Origin: Eledone cirrhosa
Taxonomy: Eukaryota
Assembly (NCBI GenBank): GCA_964016885.1
Contig: OZ024752.1
Span: forward strand, 33,666,001-33,730,000
Length of the DNA stretch: 64,000 bases
Direction: 5' to 3'
In this document: positions 46,364 through 59,749 of the stretch, in pieces
How the letters are laid out: the number at the start of each line of letters is the position of its first letter
Position numbering within the stretch: the stretch's first letter is position 1
The notes under the pieces: model-generated
The model's database searches: none
Seen by the model: the letters and a program-made list of their open reading frames with translations, nothing else
What the model was told of the DNA's origin: nothing
Made by a program: the position numbers and the translations under genes

Positions 46364-49300
46364 TTATTTGTCAACAAGTAATAACAAGTTTACTTTCAGG
46401 GATTTTGATTCTAGGGTTTGCTTCCAATTTTGGAATTTAGCCTTTAATTCAGTTATAAAGGCTAAGTTAACAACACAGACGAGTTCCCATGGATAACCAG
46501 TCATAAACTCTTCTGTTATGGCCTGAAGGATAATGATAAGCAGGAGAAGATTGCGGACTGAACCATGGTGGACTCCCACTTGCAGTTCAAATTCATCATT
46601 GAACTCATTGCTAATCTTATTCTGGCTGCACTTCACAAGGCATTCGCCTATGCCTAGTTTTCTAAGTGCCCACCAGATTACTGAGCAGGGAACCCAGTCA
46701 AATGTCATCTCCAGATCCACAAAAGTCTTACTCTTAGCTAAGTACTTCTCCTGCATTTATCTCACGAGGATGAGAAAATTAGTTACACTTCTGCCCAGCA
46801 GGAATCTGAACCATGCCTCATCATCATCATCATCATCATCACCGTTTTACGTCCGTTCTTCCACGCTAGCATGGGTTAGACGGGTTGTCCTGTTGTGGGC
46901 AGTGTCTGGTCGGCTGACCATGCCTTGCTCATACAGGAACTGATTTGGCTTGATTTCTACAGCTGGATACCCTTCCTAACACCAACCTCATTTACAGTGA
47001 GTGCTGGCTGCTTTTTCGTGGCGCCTACACGTCCACTTTATAGTGTGGGCTGGGTGCTTTTTTGCCGTGGCACCTCCACGACCACCTTGCAGTGGGAGGG
47101 TGAGAGGGCATATTGTCTATATGCTTCAGCTTGTACCCATGGGAGGTCAGGTACTCTGTATTACTGCGTGACGCCAGAGGTCACGGTCGTGTGTCATCGC
47201 CTTTGAGAGGTGTAATTGGGTAAGGTCGGCTTTTATTACCTCATCCCAGGTCATCTTGGGTCTCCCCACTCCGTGGTTTCCATCGACTTCTAGTGCTCTG
47301 CACCTTTTTATGCAGCTGTCATCCTTCATACGCATCACAAGTCCATACCAACGCAACCGCCTCTCCTGCACACAGCATTTGATTCCTCTTATGCTCAGTC
47401 TCTCTCTCAATTCATTTATGCTTTGTCGTTCGCGTATATTACTATTACACATCCATCGGAGCATGCAGGCTTTGTTTCTCTCTAATCTATGTAAGTCTTC
47501 CACCTTCAGCGCCCAGGTCTCACTACCATGTAACATTGCTGTTCGGATACACGCATCATACAGTCTGCCTTTCATTTTGAGGGAGAAGCCTTTTTGCAGC
47601 TAGCAGTGGTAGTAGTTCCCTAAACTTCTTCCATCCCGTTCTTACCCTAGTTATTGTACTTTCTGAACACGCACCTCCGCTGCTAATTCGGTCACCTAGG
47701 TAGCAGAAGCTGTCTACTGTCTCTACAGAGCCCTCCCAGAGATTGGTGGTACTTGTTTCCTGCGGCTGTTTGCTGCTTGCTGTCCCAGTACAGCTGCTGC
47801 ACGTGAAGCCTACATTCTTAATTAAGCTTCCTGAGATCCCGCTACATCTCTTGTGTACCCATTGTTTGCATTTGGGGCAGAGAATGGAGTTCCTACCTAC
47901 ACCTTTCCTACATACTGAGCAAGGCCATTTCCCTGAGGGGATCTGGGTTCTGTTTTCTCGTCTACTTACAAGGACCTTAGTTTTTGTCATGTTGACTTTG
48001 AGACCCTTTCTTTCTAGTACCTGCTTCCAAGTTTGGAATTTCTTCTCTAGTTCTACCATAGATTCGGCTATAAGTGCGAGGTCATCAGCATACAGGAGTT
48101 CCCATGGGCATCCGGTCTTAAACTCCTCCGTTATTGCCTGCAGGACTATGATGAACAGGAGAGGGCTAAGAACAGAGCCCTGGTGGACACCAACCTGTAT
48201 GCTAAATACCACGCTATACTCATTGCTAATCCTAACTTTGCTGACTACTCCCCTATACATGGCTTGTACAGCTTTCACAAGCCATTCATCTACTCCTAGT
48301 TTTCTAAGAGCCCACCAGATTACAGCACGTGGAACTCTGTCAAAGGCTTTCTCGAGATCGATGAATGCCAGGTAAAGTGGCTTACTTTTAGCTAGGTACT
48401 TTTCCTGTAACTGCCTCACAAGGAAGAGGGCATCAGTGGTGCCTCTTCCTGGTACAAACCCAAATTGCATCTCATCTAGTTTCACCCGGTCCCTAATCAA
48501 CTGTGCTATAACTCTTTCTGTTACTTTCATGACCTGGTCCATCAGCTTTCTACCTCTATAGTTTCCTCTATCGAGTGCATCACCTTTACCTTTGTAGCAG
48601 TTGACAATGATGCTACTGCACCAATCTTTTGGTATGACACCTTCTAGTATTACCAGGTTAACAATACGTGTGGTTATAGTGTGACCTACAGACCCAGATG
48701 CCTTCAGCATCTTGGCAGCTATACCCGATGGACCAGTTGCCTTCCCCATCTTCATATCTTTGATTGCCTTACTTACTACGCTGCTGCTGACTTGTACTGC
48801 TGGCCCCTCTATAGGGTCTACTTGGGGTAGGGTCTCTTCTTCCCATGCACTCTCCTCATTTAGTAATCTATCATAATGACTCTTCCATGCATCTTTCTTC
48901 TCAGCACTTGTGAGGGCAAGCTCACCTTTATCATTCCGGATACACTTCTCTCCAATGACATCTCAATTCTCTCTGATACACTGCCTCGCAATCTTGAACA
49001 CCTCCTGTTTCTGGTCCTCACATTGTCTATCCTCTGCTTCCTTCCTAGCTAAGTATACTTGTCGCCTAGCTTCCCTCTTGGTCTCTATGTAATGTACCCT
49101 GCTCCCCCTGTTCTTCTATTCTTTCCATGCCTGTCTCTTGGCCTTAACTGCCTCATCTACCTTATTGTTCCACCACCAAGTCACTCTCCTCCTGCTTGTG
49201 GTCTTACTCCAGCCACAGACCTCATCCGTCGCCTCTAGTAAGTTATTTTTTAGGAACTCCCAGTGCTCTTCTACATTGAATGTCTCTATCTGTTCTTCTC

Positions 49301-49385
49301 TACTGTTGTAAGCGTTGAGTACATCTAGTATTATTCTGTCACTGATCAGATGTGCTATAACACTTTTGGTAACTTTCATGATGGA
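46364..49385 (-). mobile_element. RTE family B copy (46818-49320) nested in an older degraded RTE (46364-46817 and 49321-49385)
   Basis: ORFs 47556-48755 and 47147-47575 are frameshifted; the flanks continue MKVTKSVIAHLI... and QEKYLAKSK...GVHHGS. Confidence 0.88.
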
Positions 49386-49479
49386 GTCGATCAGTCATAA
49401 GTCTACTATCAAAGCTATGACCCAATATCTCATCCAATCAAATGTTGCCAAGTCATAAGTCTACTTTCAAAGCTATGAT

Positions 49480-51863
49480 TCGTGAGGTGTTCAGGATTGC
49501 CAGGCAATGTGTCAAGGAAAACCGTGATATTGTCGGGGAGAAGTGTGTACTTAACGATGATGGTATACTTGCCATCACCGACGCTGATAAGAAGGTAGCT
49601 TGGAAGTGTCACTACGAAAGGCTTCTAAATGAGGAGAACAAATGGGAGAAAGACAGTCTCCCCCAGATCGATCCAATAGAGGGACCAGCAGTGTTAGTTG
49701 AAGGTAGTATAATAAGTAAGGCAATCAAAGATATGAAGACGGGTAAGGCGGCTGGGCCTTCGGAAATAGTTGCTGAGATGCTGAAGGCATCTGGTTCGGT
49801 GGGACACACCATGGTCACCCGGATAGTTAACCAAGTCGTACAGAATGGGGTTGTTCCGAAGGAATGGCGTAGCAGCATCATCGTTAACTGCTATAAGGGA
49901 AAAGGAGATGCCCTAGATAGGAGTAACTATAGAGGCATTAAATTAATCGACCAGGTCATGAAGGTCACGGAAAAAGTAATAGCGCAACTAATCAGAGAGA
50001 GAATTGATCTAGATGAAATGCAGTTCGGGTTTGTGTCAGGCAAAAGTACCACAGACGCTCTTTTCATTGTACGACAACTACAGGAGAAGTACCTAGCTAA
50101 AAGTAAACCCCTATACTTAGCTTTTGTCGACTTGGAGAAAGCCTTCGACAGAGTCCCCCGTTCCATTATCTGGTGGTCTCTTAGAAAACTAGGTGTTGAC
50201 GAATGGCTTGTGAGAGCTATACAAGCCATGTATAAAGAAACAGTCAGTAAGGTTAGAATTAACAACGAATATAGTGAAGAGTTTAGCGTAAAAGTTGGTG
50301 TCCATCAGGGCTCTGTACTTAGCCCCCTACTATTTATTATTGCCCTTCAGGCTATAACAGAGGAGTTCAAGACCGGCTGCCCATGGGAACTCCTATACGC
50401 AGATGATCTAACGCTCATAGCTGAATCAATGACCGAACTAGAGAAGAAATTCCAAACGTGGAAGCACGGCCTAGAATCAAAAGGCCTTAAAATTAACCTG
50501 GCTAAGACTAAAGTTCTAGTTTGTAGGAAAGAAAATAAGGCGGCGGTCCCATCGGGGAAATGGCCATGCTCAGTGTGTAGGAAAGGCGTAGGTAGAAACT
50601 CCATTTTATGTCCCAAATGCAAAGTATGGGTGCATAAAAGATGTAGTGGGATCACAGGTAAGCTAACTAAGAACATAGATTTTACATGTGGCCGGTGCTC
50701 TGGTGCAATAAGTAGCAGCAAGTGCCCACAAAATACTAGCTCCTTCAACTGCGCAGAGGGTTCTATAGAAATAGTGGACAGCTTCCGTTATCTGGGTGAC
50801 AAAATCAGCAGTGGGGGAGGGTGCTCTGAAAGTACAGTAGCTAGAGTCAGAACTGGATGGAAAAAGTTCAGAGAGCTTATACCACTATTAGCCGCTAGAG
50901 GGTTCTCCCTAAAAATGAAAGGCAGGTTATACGATGCCTGCATACGAACAGCAATGCTGCATGGCAGTGAGACCTGGGCATTGTGTGCAGAGGATATACG
51001 CAGACTAGAGAGGAACGAAGCTTGCATGCTCCGCTGGATGTGCAATAGTAATATACGTGAACGGCAAAGCATAAACGAACTAAGGAAAAAATTAGAAATA
51101 AGAGTGATCAGATGTTGTTTACTCGAGAGAAGGCTACGTTGGTACGGTCACGTGATGCGCATGAAAGACGACAGCTGTATAACAAAGTGCAGGGCAATAA
51201 AGATAGACGGTAGCCACGGAGTAGGCAGACCCAGAAAAACATGGGACGAGCTGATAAATTCCGACCTCACACGCTTACACCTCTCCAAGACAATGTCACT
51301 GGACCGAGACCTTTGGCAGTACTCAGTAATAGAGAAGACCCGCCTTACCTAATACAAAGTAAAAACCTACTACAGTCAGTAGGCACCTCTATCAAAACAC
51401 ACCCCCGTCCCACCACCTCCACCCCACCCACACCGCCCCTTTCAATGTAAAGTTATGTTGGTCCCACAACATCCAGGCCGAAACAAATGAGATCGTGTAG
51501 GTGTCACGACAAAAAACACACAGTCCACGCTGTAAATGTGGCCGTGTAGGCAACACGGTAAAAACCTCCCAGCCCCACACTGTAAATGTGGTTGGTGTTA
51601 GGAAGGGCATCCAGCTGTAGAAAACCCGCCAGACAGTCCACGCTGTAATGTGACCGTGTAGGCAACACGGTAAAAACCTCCCAGCCCCACACTGTAAATG
51701 TGGTTGGTGTTAGGAAGGGAATCCAACTGTAGAAAACCCGCCAGACAGTCCAATGCGAGCAAGACAACCACTCTTGCCTCAAGTGGGAAAACCCCCGTCC
51801 AAACCCATGCAAGCGTGGAACACGGACGCTAAACCTGATGATGATGATGATGATGATGATGAT
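49480..51863 (+). mobile_element. 5'-truncated RTE LINE (family A) with an uninterrupted RT ORF (49442-51352)
   Basis: Complete RT motifs including YADD, PHD-like insert and RTE C-terminal motifs; no AP-endonuclease domain present; (GAT)n tail. Confidence 0.95.
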
Positions 51864-52367
51864 TCAATATCTCATCCAACCAAATATTGCCACATCATAA
51901 GTCATTTCATCCAATCAAATGTTGCCACATTATAAATCATTTCACCCAATCAAATGTTGCCAAGTCACAAGTCTACTGGAGCAGAACTAACAAACATAAT
52001 CTGCTCAAGATACATATTTTATTGAATTATTCAGCCAGCTCTAATCAATTTTATCCTCATTTTTATCCTCTAGACCAGAGTTTCTCATTCAGTGTTCCCT
52101 GGAATCCTAGGGTTCCACAAGAGGTCACTAGGGGTTCCGTGAGAAACAGTGATAAATAAAGCTAATGCTTTTTTGAGTAATTTTTGTTTAATTTTATATT
52201 TGTAATTTTACTAGACACGTACACCATATTGTTGGGAAATCCTTGGTTATTATAATAAAGGCTTCAACCTCTTATAGTATTTAAAACTATGCCATTACCC
52301 ATTGATGGTATATAATAATTTTTATGCAGGGATTCCCTGATACATGAAAACTATTTCAAGGGTTCCA

Positions 52368-53870
52368 TAGGCATGTCAAACACACGTGGACCTTTACAAG
52401 CACTCCTGCAGCCCACACAAAGATTTTTACAACGCGAGCATGTTTTATCTTCGTAATCATTTCATTTTACGTCCGCTTTTTCCCTGCTTGCAAGGGTGGG
52501 ACGGGAACTGATTCTGGCTTGATTTCTACAGCTGGATGCCCTTCCTAACACCAACCTCATTTACAGTGAGTGCTGGGTGCTTTTTTGTGGTGGCACCTAC
52601 ACGTCCACTTTGCAGTGGAATGATAGGGACCCCAGTCCCTATCATCTCATTTCTACAGCTGAGTAAACTGGAGCAATGTGAAATAAAGTGTCTTGCTCAA
52701 GGAAACAACACATCACCCGGTCTGAGAATTGAACTCACAACCTTTCGATTGCAAGGCCAATGCTCTTACCACTAAGCCATGTGCCTCCATAATAATATAA
52801 AATGTGCCTCCATAGTAATATAAAATAAAATAAAATTAGTTGTAATGTGTGCAATTAACTGTCATGTGTGGCCCTGAGACAACACATGTGTGACTCATGT
52901 GGCCCTCAGACAACACATGTGACTCATGTGGCCCTCAGACAACACATGTGACTCTTTGGGCCCTCAGACAACACATATGTGACTCTTGTGGCCCTCAGAC
53001 AACACATATGTGACTCTTGTGGCCCTTAGACAACACATATGTGACTCATGTGGCCCTCAGACAACACATGTGACTCTTGTGGCCCTCAGACAACACATAT
53101 GTGACCCATATGGCTCTCAGACAACACATGTGACTCTTGTGGCCCTCAGACAACACATATGTGACTCATGTGGCCCTCAGACAACACATGTGTGACTCAT
53201 GTGGCCCTCAGACAACACATGTGTGACTCATGTGGCTCTCAGACAACACATATGTGACTCATGTGACCCTCAGACAACACACATGTGACTCATGTGGCCC
53301 TCAGACAACACATGTGTGACTCATGTGGCTCTCAGACAACACATGTGCCTCATGTGGCCCTCAGACAACACATGTGACCCATGTGGCTCTCAGACAACAC
53401 ATGTGACTCTTGTGGCCCTCAGACAACACATGTGTGACTCATGTGACCCTCAGACAACACATGTGACTCATGTGGATCTCAGACAACACATGTGACTCTT
53501 GTGGCCCTCAGACAACACATGTGTGACTCATGTGACTCTCAGACAACACATATGTGACTCATGTGGCTCTCAGACAACACATATGTGACTCATGTGGTCC
53601 TCAGACAACACATATGTGACTCATGTGGCTCTCAGACAACACATGTGACTCTTGTGGCCCTCAGACAACACATATGTGACCCATGTGACTCTCAGACAAC
53701 ACATGTGACTCTTGTGGCCCTCAGACAACACATATGTGACTCTTGTGGCCTTCAGACAACACATGTGTGACCCATGTGACTCTCAGACAACACATGTGAC
53801 TCTTGTGGCCCTCAGACAACACATATGTGACCCATGTGGTGCTCAAGGGACCCTCAGTTTGACATGGCTG
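52368..53870. mobile_element. hAT-like MITE expanded by an internal 29/31-bp tandem array (52862-53840) and a SINE
   Basis: Termini aggcatgtcaaac / gtttgacatggctg; array unit gtgactcatgtggccctcagacaacacat. Confidence 0.6.
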
Positions 53871-54065
53871 CTCTAGACAAACCCCCAAATTACATGGTTA
53901 TTCGAAGGACGTGTTCTAGACAAACCAATCTATAGATATTGTTATTGAAAGCGTAGCTACTCGCTTGAATGAACAATGTAAGCTAGCTTATAGAACCCAC
54001 TAGGCAGGTGATGAATTCATGTTAGATGTGATGTGGAGTGCAGTCAAGCATATCCTTATATCTGT

Positions 54066-55428
54066 AGGTGTGTGTTGTGTACTGTGAGTATGTGTGTGTT
54101 GTATGTTTTGTGTGTATTGTGTGTGTAGGTGTATGTTGTGTGTATTGTGTGAGTGTATGTGTATGTGTATTGTGTGTGTGTATGTGTATGTTGTGTGTAT
54201 TGTGTGAGTGTGTGTGTGTTGTGTGTATTGTGTGAGTGTATGTGTATTGTGTGTATTGTGTGAGTGTATTGTGTGTGTGTGTATGTTATGTGAATTGTGT
54301 GAGTGTGTGTATGTTGTGTGAATTATGTGAGTGTATGTGTATGTGTATTGTGTGTGTGTGTGTAGGTGTATGTTGTGTGTATTGTGTGAGTGTGTGTGTG
54401 TTGTGTGTATTGTGTGAGTGTGTGTATGTTGTGTGTATTGTGTGAGTGTATGTGTATTGTGTGTGTGTATTGTGTGAGTGTATGTGTATGTGTATTGTGT
54501 GTGTGTGTGTATGTTATGTGAATTGTGTGAGTGTGTGTATGTTGTGTGTATTGTGTGAGTGTATGTGTATGTGTATTGTGTGTGTGTGTATGTTATGTGA
54601 ATTGTGTGAGTGTGTGTATGTTGTGTGAATTATGTGAGTGTATGTGTATGTGTATTGTGTGTGTGTGTGTAGGTGTATGTTGTGTGTATTGTGTGAGTGT
54701 GTGTGTGTTGTGTGTATTGTGTGAGTGTGTGTATGTTGTGTGTATTGTGTGAGTGTATGTGTATTGTGTGTGTGTATTGTGTGAGTGTATGTGTATGTGT
54801 ATTGTGTGTGTGTGTGTATGTTATGTGAATTGTGTGAGTGTGTGTATGTTGTGTGTATTGTGTGAGTGTATGTGTATGTGTATTGTGTGTGTGTATGTTA
54901 TGTCAATTGCGTGAGTGTGTGTATGTTGTGTGTATTGTGTGAGTGTATGTGTATTGTGTGTGTGTATGTTATGTGAATTGTGTGAGTGTATGTGTATGTG
55001 TATTGTGTGTGTGTATGTGTATTGTGTGTGTGTATGTTATGTGAATTGTGTGAGTGTATGTGTATGTGTATTGTGTGTGTGTATGTTATGTGAATTGTGT
55101 GAGTGTGTGTATGTTGTGTGAGTGTGTGTTGTGTGCTGTGTATGTGTATTGTGTGTGTGTATGTTGTGTATTGTGTGTGTGTATTGTGTGTATGTGTGAG
55201 TGCATGCGTCATGCGTGTGTATTCTGAACATGTGTATGCATGTGTATTGAGTATGTATGTGTATTGTGAGTATGCATGTGTTTATGTGTATGAGCATACA
55301 TATGCCTGCATATGTGTGTGCATGTGTGCGTAAATGTGTGTATGTGTATACATATACATGCATATGTGTGTGCACGTGTATGCATATATGTGTATGTATG
55401 TATATACATACACACATTTATATACACA

Positions 55429-55469
<41 letters not shown>

Positions 55470-55470
55470 A
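54066..55470. repeat. Complex (TG)n-derived satellite
   Basis: Direct inspection. Confidence 0.92.
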
Positions 55471-55732
55471 TATAACTGTGTACATAGCCAGTTTAGTGTT
55501 TCTTCATATATTTCCCAGAAAATACATCAGCCATTAAACAAGAATATAGTATTAATTAATATAAACCTCCACACCTGGATATATCATCTACAGGTGAGAT
55601 GTTACCCATTATTTCTTCTAGATATAGTTTCTTTATAAAATTAAATCCTTTGTGACTTTGCAACACAACTTTCACCGATAAACACCCTAATAATTAGCAT
55701 CTACACACACACACATATATATATATATACGT

Positions 55733-55950
55733 GAAGGCGTGTGGCTGAGTGGTTAGAGAATTGGATTCGCAATCATAAGGTTGTGAGTTCGATTCCTGGA
55801 CCAGGCGATGCGTTATGTCCTTGGGCAAGACACTTTATTTCACGTTGCTCCTTCTACCTGGAGTTGCGACCGATAGATAGTATTAGCAATTGGAAAGACC
55901 AACGGAAACATTGTTCCCTCGGTCCGATTTGACGAAAGTCGATCGACTCC
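55733..55950 (+). mobile_element. tRNA-derived SINE variant
   Basis: tggctgagtggttaga A-box, gagttcgattcc B-box; related inverted copy ~32710-32925. Confidence 0.78.
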
Positions 55951-56063
55951 TATATATATATATATATATTTTGAGTATATGTTGGTTGTATACCAACACC
56001 TCAGTATGCAGGCTGGAGCACTCGACGAAGTGCGCAGGTTGGTTTGGTTACTCCAGAGTAATG

Positions 56064-56514
56064 TAAAATAAAGTTAAATAAAAAGTCAAATGTTTAAAAT
56101 TTAGCTTCGTTTATTACTGCTATATATATTTCAGTGACAGCCATCTTTGGCTGTGACCTCTTCAGGCAGTCCGAATTAGTGTGGTATCGACAAGTACATA
56201 TGTTGTTGAGGTGTATAATTTTGTCAATACTCTGATATGCCCAGTTCCTGGTTGGGTTGTTATTTCACTGAGGAACTGGAATCCTATCTGATATGATTCC
56301 AGTTCCTCAGTGAAATAACAACCCAACCAGGAACTGGGCATATCAGAGTATTGACAAAATTATACACCTCAACAACATATGTACTTGTCTACACCACACT
56401 AATTCGGACTTCCTGAAGAGGTCACAGCCAAAGATGGCTGTCACTGAAATATATATAGCAGTAATAAACGAAGCTAAATTTTAAACATTTGACTTTTTAT
56501 TTAACTTTATTTTA
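56064..56514. repeat. ~450-bp palindrome with hammerhead motif
   Basis: Arms ~220 bp, loop ~56285-56294; CTGAAGA 56413, stem II, GAAA 56446, then AATAAA. Confidence 0.88.
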
Positions 56515-56530
56515 TATATATATATATATA

Positions 56531-56876
56531 TATATTAATAAATGGAAACTATATTTATAAAACCATAATTATTTTATTATATATATTTCAAGGGCGACCA
56601 AGGTAAATTATGGCGCGCTTTCATCAGATAAAATACAGATTTGTTTTATAAATAAATATTGACATACCCGGAAAAAAGACAACCTCAACGGTTGAAATTT
56701 GCATAATTTACCTTGGGCGCCCTTGAAATATATATAATAAAATAATTAGGGTTTTATAAATATAGTTTCCATTTATTAATATATTGTATATTTACTCCAC
56801 TAACTTGTTGAGTGCTTTATATCAGTTATAAAAAAATTTTAAGCTTGTTGAATCCCAACAAATTAAATATAACCTC

Positions 56877-56880
<4 letters not shown>
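56531..56880. repeat. Inverted-repeat element of the 4108-5120 family
   Basis: Same start atattaataaatggaaact, same tail; hammerhead core on the minus strand ~56585-56630. Confidence 0.8.
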
Positions 56881-56912
<32 letters not shown>

Positions 56913-57338
56913 CATCATTTAACGTCCACTTTCTACGATACATATATACATATATATATATATAGTAGTAGTATTAGTAATAAATTAATAAATTCAAAGA
57001 CTGAAATCCAGAGAGGAATGGATAAGGGTTGTATCATCATCACCGTTTTACATCCGTTCTTCCACGCTAGCATGGGTTAGACAGGTTGTCCTGTTGTGGG
57101 CAGTGTCCAGTCGCCTGACCATGCCTTGCTTATATGGGAACTGATTCTGGCTTGATTTCTACAGTTGTATATATAAAGAAAATGTGGTAAGAAACAAGAT
57201 GGACCATAATGCACCAGAGTACTCGATACTTAGGGTAGTAGAGTGGGTAAACGGGGTCCTGATTCTTTTCCTATATACATATATATTAACCCATGCCAGC
57301 GTGGAAGAACGGACGTAAAATAGTGATGATGATGATGA

Positions 57339-57379
<41 letters not shown>

Positions 57380-57382
57380 ATG

Positions 57383-57751
57383 GTGTTAGGAAGGGCATCC
57401 AGCTGTAGAAAACCCGCCAGACAGTCCACGCTGTAATGTGGCCGTGTAGGCAACACAGTAAAAACCTCCCAGCCCCACACTGTAAATGTGGTTGGTGTTA
57501 GGAAGGGCATCCAGCTGTAGAAAACCCGCCAGACAGTCCACGCTGTAATGTGGCCGTGTAGGCAACACAGTAAAAACCTCCCAGCCCCACACTGTAAATG
57601 TGGTTGGTGTTAGGAAGGGCATCCAGCTGTAGAAAACCCTGCCAGACAGTCCTATGCGAGCAAGACAACCACTCTTGCCTCAAGTGGGAAAACTCCCGTC
57701 CAAACCCATGCAAGCGTGGAACATGGACGTTAAACGATGATGATGATGATG
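57383..57751 (+). mobile_element. RTE family A 3'UTR with a 112-bp tandem duplication
   Basis: Same duplicated block as in 51520-51750. Confidence 0.85.
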
Positions 57752-57753
57752 AT

Positions 57754-58200
57754 ATATATTAATAAATGGAAACTCTTTTTTCTTCTCTCTTTCTCTTTTT
57801 CTCTGTTTTTTCTCTCTCTTCTTCCAACAGTATAATTTAAATAAACCGTTGTTTTTTCAACTCTTTCTGACATTCATTTGTATACTCACACATAACTTTG
57901 AATTACCCTAAATAAAAAAAATGTTTCCACTATCCAGAGAACCTTCAACCGTCAAGGTTGTTTTTCTACGGGTATGTCAACATTTATAAAACAAATTTTG
58001 TATTTTATCTGATGAAAGCGCACCAAAATTTGCCTTGGTTGCCCTTGAAATATATATAATAAAATAATTATGGTTTTATAAATATAGTTTCCATTTATTA
58101 ATATATTGAATATTTACTCCAGTAATCTGTTGAGTGCTTCATATCAGTTATAACACTTTTAAGCTTGTTGAATCCCAACAAATTAAATATAACTTTTGCA
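57754..58200 (+). repeat. Third member of the 4108-5120 family
   Basis: ~20-bp inverted start; CTGATGA 58009...GAAA; shared tail. Confidence 0.75.
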
Positions 58201-58295
58201 TATATATATATATATGTATATATATGTGTGAATGAAGTAATTCCGTTGGAAAAGTCCAGGAAAAAAGAGTGCTCTATGTAGGTAACAGAGCTTAA

Positions 58296-58553
58296 TAGTT
58301 ATGTAACAAACAACATAAGGCAATTATTCCATTTACCAGTGGTTTCTTAAAAGCAAAAAATTTTGCTTTCAATCATCAGAATAAAAAGATCCTGGTCTAT
58401 TTATTGAAATTGGATTTAAAAATTTTTTTTAAAATCCAATTTCAATAAATAGACCAGGATCTTTTCATTCTGATGATTGAAAGCAAAATTTTTTGCTTTT
58501 AAGAAACCACTGGTAAATGGAATAATTGCCTTATGTTGTTTATTACATAACTA
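58296..58553. repeat. ~260-bp palindrome with a canonical type-I hammerhead
   Basis: Arms ~125 bp. Confidence 0.88.
58466..58519 (+). ncRNA. Putative type-I hammerhead ribozyme
   Basis: Stem I catt/aatg; CTGATGA; stem II ttgaaagcaaaa/ttttgcttttaa; GAAA; short stem III cc/gg; GUA cleavage triplet. Confidence 0.65.
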
Positions 58554-58615
58554 TATATATATATATATATATATACACGCATAACCCTTATCGAGTCCTT
58601 TCCTATTATTAACTC

Positions 58616-58652
<37 letters not shown>

Positions 58653-58654
58653 AT

Positions 58655-59450
58655 GATGGCCACAAACTCAAGTTCGAGCATTGCCATCACTTGATAGAAT
58701 GCTAAAAAATGTGAGGCACGAATGTGGCTCTTTAAACCACCAAAAGACTTGCACCCTCTGGTACACACCTGGCAACTCTAGGCTCCTCTGAGACTTTCCA
58801 CTACTTAGTTCTGACTGTGTTCTCATGTCTTTTAAGACCTCCCATGCTTGCACATTCCTTACACCATTTCAGATCATAATCTACATGAGCTCTACTGATA
58901 TAACTTTGTTCATGTCTAATCAAACCAGATTTGCTCAAACAGACTCAACCACAGTGCATATTATGAACTCGTTTTCTGAAGCTTGCAGTGCTTTGGGCCT
59001 CACAATAAGCTTGGAAAAGACTTGTGATGTATCAGCCAGCACCTGGGAAAGAATACACTACACCAAGTATGTACATGTACAGAAAGAGGCTAAAAGTTGC
59101 TGACAAGTTTGTTTACCATGGTATTACTTTGAACAATTCATGCACACTTGATGATGAGATATCTTTAAGAATCAAGAAAGCTAGTGATGCTTTTGGATGG
59201 CTGAATGAGTGTTTATAGTCCAGATAAGGTATTACCATTGAAACCAAGGTAAAAGTGTATCTGACTTGTGTCATCTCCTCTTTGCTTTATGCTTGTGAAA
59301 TGTGGGTCACATACAGAAAACACCTCAAGGAACTGGAGAGGTTTCACCAACAATCTCCTTCTAAGATACTTGGGGTGCAATGGAAAATGTTTGTCAGTGA
59401 TTTGGAAGTTCTTGAACGGAGCAGGTGCATGGCTATAGAGAACATGATAT
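58655..59450. mobile_element. Old RTE (BovB-like) relic in two opposite orientations
   Basis: + strand GLTISLEKT...LDDEISLRIKKASDAFG...LLYACEMW; - strand C2H2-like CQVCTRGCKSFGGLKSHIRASH. Confidence 0.65.
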
Positions 59451-59710
59451 ATATATAGTAGTAGTAATAAATACAAAGATCAATATCCAAAGATGACTCG
59501 ATAAGAGCTGTATGTATATATATATATATATATATAGCAACACTGTAAATGTGGTTGGTGTTAGGAAGGGCATCCAGCCGTAGAAAACCTGCCAGATAGT
59601 CCTATATGAGTGAGATACGGTCACCCGACCAGCCTTGCCTCAAGTGGGACAACTCCCGTCTAACCCATGCTAGCGTGGAACATGGACTTTAAACGAAGAT
59701 AATGATGATG

Positions 59711-59749
<39 letters not shown>

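Noticed and set aside
49442-51352. Autonomous LINE or domesticated RT gene
   Set aside because: No endonuclease domain; the ATG comes from flanking repeat sequence, so this is a 5'-truncated insertion.
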